A stretch of DNA of 32,000 nucleotides from Haloferax volcanii DS2 (lineage in GTDB: Archaea > Halobacteriota > Halobacteria > Halobacteriales > Haloferacaceae): NCBI RefSeq assembly GCF_000025685.1, contig NC_013967.1, positions 930,001-962,000 on the forward strand. The letters run 5' to 3'. Below, piece after piece: positions 24,615 to 32,000 of the stretch (positions are counted from its first letter, which is position 1; every line of letters begins with the position of its first letter). The translations under genes and the position numbers were made by a program. The notes under the pieces were generated by a model, which saw nothing but the letters and a program-made list of their open reading frames with translations, was not told the origin of the DNA and made no database searches.

Positions 24615-26723
24615 TCAGTCGAGTTCGCGAGCCAACACGTCGCGCAGGTCGGCGATGTCGGCCGCGTCGTAGGCGGCCTCGTCGCCGTCGACCGCGACCG
24701 AGAGCGTCGCGTCGTCGGTCGTCGTTCCGAGTTCGACCACGGGCACGTCGCCCGCGAGGTCGCGGAGCGCGGCCTCGTCGGTCGTCTCGACGACGACGCG
24801 ACCGGGCGTCTCCTCGAACAGCGAGACGTAGTCGTCGACGGACACGTCCGCGCCGACCTCGTCTGTGACCATCTCGGCCAGCGCGACCGCGAGGCCGCCG
24901 TGGCTCACGTCGTGGACCGCGACCGTGGAGTCGTCCGCGGCGACGGCCTGAATCGTCTCGACCGCCGTCGCGGCGTCGGCGTCCTCGGGGAGCGCCGGGA
25001 AGGCGTCGGAGCCGCCGGCGTGTTCGAGGACCGCCGAGCCGCCGAGTGCCCCGCCGGAGTGGCCGACGAGGAACAGGTCGCCCTCGCCCGAAAGCGAGAG
25101 GCCGGGCGAGGAACCGTCGGCCTTGCCGACCATCGCCAGCGTCGGCGTCGGCGGAATCGGGCCGGAGACTGAGTCGTTGTACAGCGAGACGTTGCCGCCG
25201 ACGACCGGGACCGAAAGCGCCCGGCACATGTCGGCGAGGCCGTCGACGATGCCCTTGAAGCCGCCGTACACGTCGGGTTTCTCGGGGTTGCCGCCGTTGA
25301 GACAGTCGACGGTCGCGAGGGGCGACGCGCCCTTCGCGGCGAGGTTGGTCGCGTTCTCGAAGGCGACGGCGCGCGCGCCGTCGTAGGGCGCGGCGCTCGT
25401 CCAGTTGGGGTCCGCGCCGCCGGTGAACGCGAGTTTCGTGTCGGCCTCGGGTACGTCGAGGAGCGCCGCGTCGTCGCCGGGGCGGCGGGCGGTCCGCAGG
25501 CCGACCTCGTGGTCGTACTGTCGGTAGACCCAGCGCTTCGACGCCGTGTTGGGGTCGGAGACGACCGCTTCGAACGCGTCTTCGAGGTCGAACGCGGGCA
25601 GGTCGCGCGCCGCGGCTTCGGGGTCGACCGAGTCGAGGTCGTTCATCGGCGCGCCCTCGGCGAGGAACTCCGGGGGCACGTCGACGACGGGTTCGCCGTC
25701 GAAGGTGCAGACGTAGTTGCCCTCGGCGACCTCGCCGATGACGGCGCTGCCGAGGTCGAAGCGCGCGGCGAGTTCCTGCACGCGCTCGACGTTCTCGGGG
25801 GTCACCTCGTAGCACATGCGCTCTTGGGACTCCGAGAGGAGAATCTCGAAGGCGTTCATGTTCGGCTCGCGCTGGTGGACCTTCTCGAGGCCGATTTCCG
25901 CGCCGAAACCGCCCTTGGCGACGAGTTCGGAGGACGCGCCGCCGAGACCGGCGGCCCCGAGGTCGCGGGCGGACTCGACGAGGTCCTCGTCGATGAGCGC
26001 CTCGTTGCACTCGATGAGCAGTTTCTCCGTGTAGGGGTCGCCGACCTGCACCGCGGGCCGGTCTTCGGTTTCGGCGTCCTCCGCGAGGTCCTCGCTGGCG
26101 AAGGACGCGCCGCCGAGACCGTCGCGGCCGGTCGAACTGCCGACGAGAACGAGTTTGTTGCCGGCCTTCTGCGCTTCGGCCGTGACGAGGCGGTCGGCTG
26201 ACAGGAGGCCGACGCAGGCGACGTTGACGAGCGGATTGCCCTCGTAGTTCTCGTGGAACGAGGTCGACCCGGTCACGGTCGGGACGCCGATGGCGTTGCC
26301 GTAGTCGGCGATGCCCTCGACGACGCCGTCGAGGAGGTACCGCGAGTGCTCGCGGTCGAAGTCGCCGAAGTAGAGGCAGTCGGCCAGCGCGATGGGGTAC
26401 GCGCCCATCGAGAGGGTGTCGCGGACGATGCCGCCGACGCCCGTGGCCGCGCCGTCGTAGGGGTCGACGTAGGAGGGGTGGTTGTGGCTCTCGATACCGA
26501 GCGTGATGTAGGTGTCGTCGTCCAGAGCGACGACCGCCGCGTCGTCACCGGGGCCGATGACGACCTGATCGCCCTCCGAGTCGAACGCCGACAGAAGCGG
26601 GCGAGACGACCGGTAGGCGCAGTGTTCGCTCCAGAGGTTTTCGAAGAGTATCTCCTCGGCCGGCGTCGGGTCTCGACCGAGCTCGGCGACGACGAGGTCG
26701 CGGTCCGCGTCGGAAAGCGTCAT
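24615..26723 (-). CDS. purL: Phosphoribosylformylglycinamidine synthase subunit PurL
   Basis: 702-aa ORF ...[14 protein letters not shown]..., ...[25 protein letters not shown]... and duplicated AIR-synthase-like domains. Confidence 0.95.
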   Translation of the reverse strand: MTLSDADRDLVVAELGRDPTPAEEILFENLWSEHCAYRSSRPLLSAFDSEGDQVVIGPGDDAAVVALDDDTYITLGIESHNHPSYVDPYDGAATGVGGIVRDTLSMGAYPIALADCLYFGDFDREHSRYLLDGVVEGIADYGNAIGVPTVTGSTSFHENYEGNPLVNVACVGLLSADRLVTAEAQKAGNKLVLVGSSTGRDGLGGASFASEDLAEDAETEDRPAVQVGDPYTEKLLIECNEALIDEDLVESARDLGAAGLGGASSELVAKGGFGAEIGLEKVHQREPNMNAFEILLSESQERMCYEVTPENVERVQELAARFDLGSAVIGEVAEGNYVCTFDGEPVVDVPPEFLAEGAPMNDLDSVDPEAAARDLPAFDLEDAFEAVVSDPNTASKRWVYRQYDHEVGLRTARRPGDDAALLDVPEADTKLAFTGGADPNWTSAAPYDGARAVAFENATNLAAKGASPLATVDCLNGGNPEKPDVYGGFKGIVDGLADMCRALSVPVVGGNVSLYNDSVSGPIPPTPTLAMVGKADGSSPGLSLSGEGDLFLVGHSGGALGGSAVLEHAGGSDAFPALPEDADAATAVETIQAVAADDSTVAVHDVSHGGLAVALAEMVTDEVGADVSVDDYVSLFEETPGRVVVETTDEAALRDLAGDVPVVELGTTTDDATLSVAVDGDEAAYDAADIADLRDVLARELD

Positions 26724-26742
26724 TCACTGGTATGGTCAGAAC

Positions 26743-26768
26743 GCACATTGTAAATCCTTTCTATGTGC
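26743..26768. promoter_or_regulatory. purL promoter: TATA-like box bracketed by a 6-bp inverted repeat
   Basis: GCACAT-TGTAAATCCTTTCT-ATGTGC. The AT-rich centre (minus sense AGAAAGGATTTACA) lies about 30 nt upstream of the purL ATG (26723). Confidence 0.4.
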
Positions 26769-26936
26769 ATGAACGTGCCCAAAACATGGTCGGAGTCGCC
26801 GTCGTCGTCCGCATCCGACTCAGGCGGGCGTGTACGGCGGCGACTCGGACCGTCCCGGACCGGCTCGGGTCGCCCCGAACGCCCGTCGACCACCGTGCGT
26901 GAGGTCCACACGCCAATCACACCGGGACCGGGGCGC

Positions 26937-26944
26937 TTTTTTAG
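26937..26944 (+). promoter_or_regulatory. TATA-like box for the PHP/AsnB-like operon
   Basis: TTTTTTAG is centred about 26 nt upstream of the GTG start at 26966. Confidence 0.4.
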
Positions 26945-26965
26945 CCTCCATCGTTAGGAGACGAT

Positions 26966-27649
26966 GTGTTATCGGTCGAGTTGCACTCGCATTCGTCTCT
27001 GTCCTACGACGGGCGGGACCCAATCGAGTACCTCCTTGAACAGGCGGTCGCGGTCGGCTTGGACGCCCTCGCCGTGACCGACCACGACGAGATAGACGCC
27101 AGCCTCGAAGCCGCGGAGCTCGCGGCCGACTACGGGCTGGTCGGCATCCCGGGGATGGAGGTCACCTGCGCCGCGGGCCACGTCCTCGCCTTGGGCGTCG
27201 AGGAGCTGATTCCCGCGGGACTGTCGTACGACGAGACGCTCGACCGCATCCGCGACGCGGGCGGCATCGCCGTCATCCCGCACCCGTTTCAGAAGTCGCG
27301 CCACGGCGTCGCCCCGCACATCTCCAGCGCGCAGCTCGCCAGCGCCGACGCCATCGAAATCTACAACTCGCGGCTCCTCACCGGCATCGCAAACCAGCGC
27401 GCCGAGCGGTTCGCCAAGCGCCGGAACCTCCCGATGACCGCCGGGAGCGACGCCCACATCGCGGAGATGGTCGGACAGGCAGTCACCGAGGTCGGCACCG
27501 ACACCCGAAGCGCCGACGCCATCCTCTCGGCCGTCGCCGACGGGCGAACCAGCGTCGTCGGCAACAAGACCCCGTGGCGCATCTCGTTCCGGCAGGCCGC
27601 GGGCGGCGCGACCCGACGCCTGAAACACGCTCTGACGGACCTGTTCTGA
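26966..27649 (+). CDS. PHP-domain metal-dependent phosphoesterase (TrpH/YciV-like)
   Basis: 227-aa ORF with a GTG start. It has LHSHSSLSYDG, ...LAVTDHDEI..., ...GIPGMEV..., ...VIPHPF... and ...AGSDAH..., the PHP His/Asp metal ligands. Confidence 0.88.
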   Translation: MLSVELHSHSSLSYDGRDPIEYLLEQAVAVGLDALAVTDHDEIDASLEAAELAADYGLVGIPGMEVTCAAGHVLALGVEELIPAGLSYDETLDRIRDAGGIAVIPHPFQKSRHGVAPHISSAQLASADAIEIYNSRLLTGIANQRAERFAKRRNLPMTAGSDAHIAEMVGQAVTEVGTDTRSADAILSAVADGRTSVVGNKTPWRISFRQAAGGATRRLKHALTDLF

Positions 27650-28740
27650 TGCGCGGCGCGTCTCCCGACCTCGTCCGGCGCGCCCTCGCCGAGCGCGACC
27701 CGCTTCCCGGAACTGCGGGCTTCGCGGGCGAACTCGACGGCCGACTCGTCCGAGACGTGCTCGGTCGCCAGCCGCTCTTCTCCGAGCGCGCCGACCCCGC
27801 GAAGTGGTCGTTCGACCACCGCGACCTCGACGACCCGGTCGCCGTCCCCGCGGGCCGCGCCCGCCAGACGGCCGGTGAAGCCGCCGGCGACGACGAACGC
27901 GTCTGGTCGCTTCCCGACCCGCCGGCCGCCACCGACCGCGACGCCGCGCTCGACCGCGTCCGCGACGCGGTCTTCGAATCGGTCCGGTCGGTGGACGACG
28001 ACGGCCTCGCCGTGGCCTTCTCCGGCGGCGTCGATTCGGCGGTCGTCGCGGCCGGCGTCCCCGACGCCCCCTGTTACGTCGCCGGTTTCGAGGGCTCTCA
28101 CGACGTGGCCGCCGCCCGCGAGGCCGCCGCCGCGATGGACCGCGACCTCACCGTGGTCGAACTCACCCACGAGGCGCTCGAACGCGCCGTCCCGGAAATC
28201 GTCGCCGCGCTCGGCCGAACGACCCCGATGGACGTGCAAATCGTTCTGCCCCTGTACCTGCTCGCAGAGCGAGTCGCCGCGGACGGTTACGACCGTCTCG
28301 CGGTCGGACAGGGCGCGGACGAACTGTTCGGCGGCTACGCCAAAGTCCAGAAAGCCCCCGACGACCCGCGCGTCGAGGCCGACACCGTCCGCGGGGCCGC
28401 CCGCGAGATGATTCTCACGCTCCCCGACCAGCTCGAACGCGACCTGCTCGTGCTCCGCGCCGCCGGGGTCGACCCCGTCGCGCCGCTCCTCCACGACCGG
28501 GTTGTCTCGGCTGCGCTCCCGCTCCCCGAAGAGTTCCTCGTGGACGGCGACCGGCGGAAGGTCGCGCTCAGGGAGGCCGCGAGCGGCGTGCTCCCCGAGT
28601 CGGTCGCGGAAGCGGACAAGAAGGCGGTCCAGTACGGCACCTACGCCTCGCGCGAACTCGACCGGCTCGCGCGGCAGGCGGGGTTCAAGCGGCGGATGGA
28701 GAACCACGTCCAGCAGTACGTCGAATCGCTCGTGGAGTAG
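27649..28740 (+). CDS. Asparagine-synthase-related PP-loop ATPase (no glutaminase nucleophile)
   Basis: ATG at 27649 overlaps the PHP stop (TGATG). It has the PP-loop AFSGGVDSAVVA and ...GQGADELFGGY..., typical of the AsnB C-terminal domain. The N-terminus is MRG... rather than MCG... and the N-domain is short (about 115 aa). Confidence 0.85.
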   Translation: MRGASPDLVRRALAERDPLPGTAGFAGELDGRLVRDVLGRQPLFSERADPAKWSFDHRDLDDPVAVPAGRARQTAGEAAGDDERVWSLPDPPAATDRDAALDRVRDAVFESVRSVDDDGLAVAFSGGVDSAVVAAGVPDAPCYVAGFEGSHDVAAAREAAAAMDRDLTVVELTHEALERAVPEIVAALGRTTPMDVQIVLPLYLLAERVAADGYDRLAVGQGADELFGGYAKVQKAPDDPRVEADTVRGAAREMILTLPDQLERDLLVLRAAGVDPVAPLLHDRVVSAALPLPEEFLVDGDRRKVALREAASGVLPESVAEADKKAVQYGTYASRELDRLARQAGFKRRMENHVQQYVESLVE

Positions 28741-28761
28741 GTCGAAGTCGCGGGGTCCCCG

Positions 28762-29244
28762 CTATCTCTCTCGCTCGTCGGCGCGCACGGCCTCGATAGC
28801 CTCCAGCGCGAACTGCACCGTGTCGGGGTCGATATCGCTCTCGCGGAGGTCGGACTCGTCGTACCACGCCCAGACCTCGGGGTCTGCCTCGCCCGGCGCG
28901 GGGTCGATGTCGCGGGCGTCCACCCGTGCGTAGAAGACGTGGTCGATGTGCTGGTGGCCGACCGAGCCGTCGCCGTGGACGTTGATGTCGTAGAGCATCT
29001 GCTGACGGGGCTGCGGGAGCGCCCGGCCGGCGGGCGCGGGGACCGACGGCGTGTCGTCGACGAGTTCCGGGTCGAGCCCCGTCTCCTCGCGGACCTCGCG
29101 CAGGCCGGCCTCGTGAGGGAGTTCGTCGCGGTCGACGTGGCCGCCCGGCGGGATGCGGATGCCGAGGCGCTCGTGTCGGTGGAGGGCCACCGCGCCGTCG
29201 TTGACGATGTACACGGTCGAGGTGAAGTGTCGCGTCGTCTCCAT
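28762..29244 (-). CDS. NUDIX hydrolase
   Basis: 160-aa ORF with the Nudix box GGHVDRDELPHEAGLREVREETGL. Confidence 0.9.
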   Translation of the reverse strand: METTRHFTSTVYIVNDGAVALHRHERLGIRIPPGGHVDRDELPHEAGLREVREETGLDPELVDDTPSVPAPAGRALPQPRQQMLYDINVHGDGSVGHQHIDHVFYARVDARDIDPAPGEADPEVWAWYDESDLRESDIDPDTVQFALEAIEAVRADERER

Positions 29245-29277
29245 GGCTGTGGCTCCGGAGCGAGCGGCATGGCTGTT

Positions 29278-29317
29278 GCGAAACGAGACGAAACGAAGCG
29301 AAACGGAGCGAGACGCG
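29278..29317. repeat. Tandem decamer repeat (RCGARACGNR x4) in the tfb/Nudix intergenic region
   Basis: GCGAAACGAG ACGAAACGAA GCGAAACGGA GCGAGACGCG was read directly. In the minus sense it gives phased CGTTTCG tracts just downstream of the tfb stop (29346). Confidence 0.8.
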
Positions 29318-29345
29318 GCGGCGCGAACCGAGCGGCCCGGCCGGG

Positions 29346-30344
29346 TTAGGGCAGTTGGACCTGCTCTTCGGCTTCGAGGAGTTCGTGGTAGCGGTTGCGG
29401 ATGGTGACCTCGGAGATGTTGGCGACCTCGGAGACCTCGTTTTGCGTCACCTTCTCGTTGGTGAGAAGCGAGGCCGCGTAGACGGCGGCGGCGGCGAGGC
29501 CGACCGGCGACTTGCCCGAGTGGACTCCCTGTTCTTTGGCGTTCTTCAAGAGCTGTCGGGCGCGCCGCTCGGACTCGTCGGAGAGGCCGAGGTCACTGGC
29601 GAACCGCGGGACGTACTGCTCGGGGTCGGCGGGCTTGATTTCGAGCGAGAGTTCGCGGACGACGTAGCGGTAGGTGCGGGCGATTTCGTCCTTCTCGACG
29701 CGCGAGACGCTCGTAATCTCGTCGAGCGAGCGCGGGGTGCCGGCCATCCGTGCGGCGGCGTACAGCGCCGACGTGGCGACGCCCTCGATGGAGCGACCGG
29801 GCAGCAGGTCGTCGTCGAGCGCGCGGCGATAGATGACCGAGGCGGTCTCGCGGACGTTGTCCGGAAGGCCGAGCGCCGAGGCCATGCGGTCGATTTCACC
29901 GAGCGCCTGCTTGAGGTTGCGCTCCTTGGAGTCGCGGGTGCGGAATCGCTCGTTCCACGTGCGAAGCCGTTGCATCTTCTCGCGCTGGCGGGACGACAGC
30001 GAGCGCCCGTAGGCGTCTTTGTTCTGCCAACCGATGTTGGTCGACAGCCCCTTGTCGTGCATCATGTTCGTCGTGGGCGCGCCGACGCGGGATTTCTCGT
30101 CTTTCTCCGAGGAGTTGAACGCGCGCCACTCGGGGCCGTGGTCGATCTCGTCTTCCTCGACGACGAGCCCACAGTCGTCGCAGACCGTCTCACCGTGTTC
30201 GGTGTCGGAGACGAGGCTCTCCGAGCCGCATTCGGGGCACGTGGGCGTCTGCTCCCGCTCGGTGTCGGTCTGCTCGGTATCTTTCGTATTCTCGTTGCGC
30301 ACGCGCGCGTTGCCGGTCGTGAAACGTCGGACACTTTCTGTCAT
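29346..30344 (-). CDS. tfb: Transcription initiation factor IIB (TFB)
   Basis: Zn ribbon CPECGS...CDDCGLVV, B-reader ...HGPEWRAFN..., and two cyclin-like repeats. Start taken at ATG 30344 (MTESVRRF...). A TTG at 30362 is an alternative. TATA-like ACTTATATC lies at 30405-30413. Confidence 0.92.
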   Translation of the reverse strand: MTESVRRFTTGNARVRNENTKDTEQTDTEREQTPTCPECGSESLVSDTEHGETVCDDCGLVVEEDEIDHGPEWRAFNSSEKDEKSRVGAPTTNMMHDKGLSTNIGWQNKDAYGRSLSSRQREKMQRLRTWNERFRTRDSKERNLKQALGEIDRMASALGLPDNVRETASVIYRRALDDDLLPGRSIEGVATSALYAAARMAGTPRSLDEITSVSRVEKDEIARTYRYVVRELSLEIKPADPEQYVPRFASDLGLSDESERRARQLLKNAKEQGVHSGKSPVGLAAAAVYAASLLTNEKVTQNEVSEVANISEVTIRNRYHELLEAEEQVQLP

Positions 30345-30563
30345 TGTGTGCGAGAGAAGCAACTGGGAACGGTCGTTCTCCGTCTATTCGTATTGACCCT
30401 CGTTACTTATATCTGACGGCGACAGGAGGACGGAATGGCCCGGGTCCGCACGGTCGGCCCCGGCCGCCTCGCCGGTGGTCTCGCCCGGGCTGACTCGCGC
30501 CGGGGACCGGACGAAACGACCCACACCGAAACTCTTACTCCCGGTCTCCGTTTCCTCCGATAC

Positions 30564-30842
30564 ATGAGCGATACGCCCGTCGACGCCGACGAGGTTCGAC
30601 ACGTCGCCGAGTTGGCGCGGGTCGACCTCGACGAGGACGAGGTCGAGGAGTTCGCGGCGCGGTTCGCGGACATCCTCGGCTACTTCGACGCCCTCGACGA
30701 GGTCCCCGAAGTCGACCGCGAGGACGAACTGGTGAACGTGATGCGCCCCGACGAGGTCCGCGACGGCCTCACCCAAGAGGAGGCGCTGTCGAACGCCGCA
30801 GAGACCGAAGACGGCTTCTTCAAAGGCCCGCGGGTGTCGTAG
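30564..30842 (+). CDS. gatC: Asp-tRNA(Asn)/Glu-tRNA(Gln) amidotransferase subunit GatC
   Basis: A 92-aa product from ATG 30564: MSDTPVDADEVRHVAELARVDLDEDEVEEFAARFADILGYFDALDEV... The stop TAG is immediately followed by the gatA ATG. Confidence 0.9.
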   Translation: MSDTPVDADEVRHVAELARVDLDEDEVEEFAARFADILGYFDALDEVPEVDREDELVNVMRPDEVRDGLTQEEALSNAAETEDGFFKGPRVS

Positions 30843-32000
30843 ATGTCGCTGAACGCCTTCATCACGAAAGAGACGCTCGACGGCTCCGACGACGGCCCGC
30901 TCGCGGGCAAGTCCGTCGCCGTCAAGGACAACATCTCCACGGAGGGGCTGCGGACGACCTGCGGCTCCGCGATGCTCGAAGACTACGTCCCGCCGTACGA
31001 CGCGACCGTCGTCGAACTCCTGAAGGACGCCGGCGCGACCATCGTCGGCAAGGCCAACATGGACGAGTTCGGCATGGGAACGACGACCGAGACCTCCGCG
31101 TTCGGCCCGACGAAGAACCCCGTCGACGAGTCCCGCGTCCCCGGCGGCTCCTCCGGTGGCTCCGCGGCCGCCGTCGCCGCCGGCGAGGCCGACCTCGCGC
31201 TCGGCACCGACACGGGCGGCTCCATCCGCTGTCCCGCCGCGTTCTGCGGCGTCGTCGGCATCAAGCCCACCTACGGCCTCGTCTCGCGCTACGGCCTCGT
31301 CGCCTACGCGAACTCCCTCGAACAGATTGGCCCAATCGCGCCGACCGTCGAGGGCGCCGCCGCGCTCCTCGACGTCATCGCCGGCCCCGACGACCGAGAC
31401 GGCACGACCCGCGACGCCGGTACCGACTCGAACTACGCCGCGGCCGCCGACGGCGACGTCGAAGGACTCACTATCGGCGTCCCCACCGAGTTCGTCGAGG
31501 GCGCGGACGAGGGCGTCGAGGAGGCGTTCTGGGCCGCGCTCGACGAACTCGAAGCCCAGGGCGCTGAGTACCGCGAGGTCAGTATGCCCTCGGTCGAGAA
31601 GGCCGTCGCCGCCTACTACGTCATCGCCATGTCCGAGGCGTCGTCGAACCTCGCTCGCTTCGACGGCGTCCGCTACGGCAAATCCGGCGGCTACGACGGC
31701 AACTGGAACGAGGCGTTCGCCCGCGCCCGCGAGGACGGCTTCGGCTCCGAGGTCAAACGCCGCATCCTCCTCGGTACGTACGCCCTCTCGGCGGGCTACC
31801 ACGACAAGTACTACGCGAAGGCCCAGGACGCCCGCGCGTGGGTCAAACAGGACTTCGACGAGGCGTTCGAGGACGTCGACGTGGTCGCGTCGCCGACGAT
31901 GCCCGTCCCGCCGTTCGAACTCGGCGAGAGCCTCGACGACCCGCTCCAGATGTACCTCGCAGACGCGAACACCGTGCCGGTGAACCTCGCGAACCTCCCC
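30843..32000 (+). CDS. gatA: Asp-tRNA(Asn)/Glu-tRNA(Gln) amidotransferase subunit GatA (partial, runs off the window end)
   Basis: Hand translation from ATG 30843: MSLNAFITKE...KDNISTEGLRTTCGSAMLEDYVPPYDATVV...GGSSGGSAAAVAAGEADLALGTDTGGSIRCPAAFCG... (amidase signature). The frame is open to position 32000 and is missing from the ORF track because it is open-ended. Confidence 0.93.
   Translation, partial: MSLNAFITKETLDGSDDGPLAGKSVAVKDNISTEGLRTTCGSAMLEDYVPPYDATVVELLKDAGATIVGKANMDEFGMGTTTETSAFGPTKNPVDESRVPGGSSGGSAAAVAAGEADLALGTDTGGSIRCPAAFCGVVGIKPTYGLVSRYGLVAYANSLEQIGPIAPTVEGAAALLDVIAGPDDRDGTTRDAGTDSNYAAAADGDVEGLTIGVPTEFVEGADEGVEEAFWAALDELEAQGAEYREVSMPSVEKAVAAYYVIAMSEASSNLARFDGVRYGKSGGYDGNWNEAFARAREDGFGSEVKRRILLGTYALSAGYHDKYYAKAQDARAWVKQDFDEAFEDVDVVASPTMPVPPFELGESLDDPLQMYLADANTVPVNLANLP

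Noticed and set aside
24598-26201. 470-aa (-) and 230-aa (+) ORFs within purL
   Set aside because: They are off-frame or antisense to an unambiguous purL reading frame.
26763-26957. 64-aa and 66-aa ORFs in the purL/PHP intergenic region
   Set aside because: They are Arg/Ser/Pro-rich and basic with no promoter-like element at the right distance. The region is better explained as a divergent promoter spacer.
27361-28707. 448-aa minus-strand ORF antisense to the PHP and AsnB-like genes
   Set aside because: The plus-strand frames carry PHP metal-ligand and PP-loop motifs. The antisense product has no motifs.
30384-31802. 472-aa minus-strand ORF antisense to gatC and gatA
   Set aside because: The gatA amidase signature and the gatC sequence are unambiguous on the plus strand.

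Overview
High-GC window that reads as haloarchaeal (Halobacteria-type) core chromosome: acidic proteomes, TATA-like boxes about 25-30 nt upstream of start codons suggesting leaderless transcripts, and archaeal TFB, Rpo11 and TatA genes. About 33 protein genes can be supported. They include housekeeping genes (hisF, purL, gatC, gatA, rpoL, tfb, tatA), metabolic enzymes (nitrilase-family hydrolase, Old Yellow Enzyme, thiolase with its DUF35 partner, SDR, quinone oxidoreductase, TrxB-like flavoprotein, Nudix, cupin, DUF1684) and a Trm9-like methyltransferase. There is also an archaeal type IV pilus assembly pair (PilB-like ATPase and PilC/TadC-like membrane protein), a DUF4382 lipoprotein, a membrane-anchored J-domain protein flanked by two MBL-fold genes, a PHP phosphoesterase coupled to an asparagine-synthase-like PP-loop protein, and several small membrane proteins. 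RNA genes are an SRP (7S) RNA and tRNA-Gly(UCC). No CRISPR array, IS element, integrase or recognisable defence operon was seen. Many long Arg-rich ORFs in the track are antisense or off-frame artefacts of high GC content. The most unusual items are listed here.
- A single in-frame TAG joins the J-domain gene to an MBL gene that appears to have lost its N-terminus.
- Next to that junction is an AT-rich (about 42% GC), hairpin-rich island of roughly 200 bp inside a 400-bp convergent intergenic gap.
- The PHP and AsnB-like genes are translationally coupled, and the AsnB-like protein lacks the glutaminase nucleophile.
- The pilB/pilC locus has no pilin or prepilin peptidase gene in the window.
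- A structured, palindrome-bearing region lies upstream of tRNA-Gly.
- There are several short tandem repeats and promoter-flanking palindromes.
I cannot demonstrate a clearly novel multi-gene system from sequence alone, so these are candidates for follow-up.
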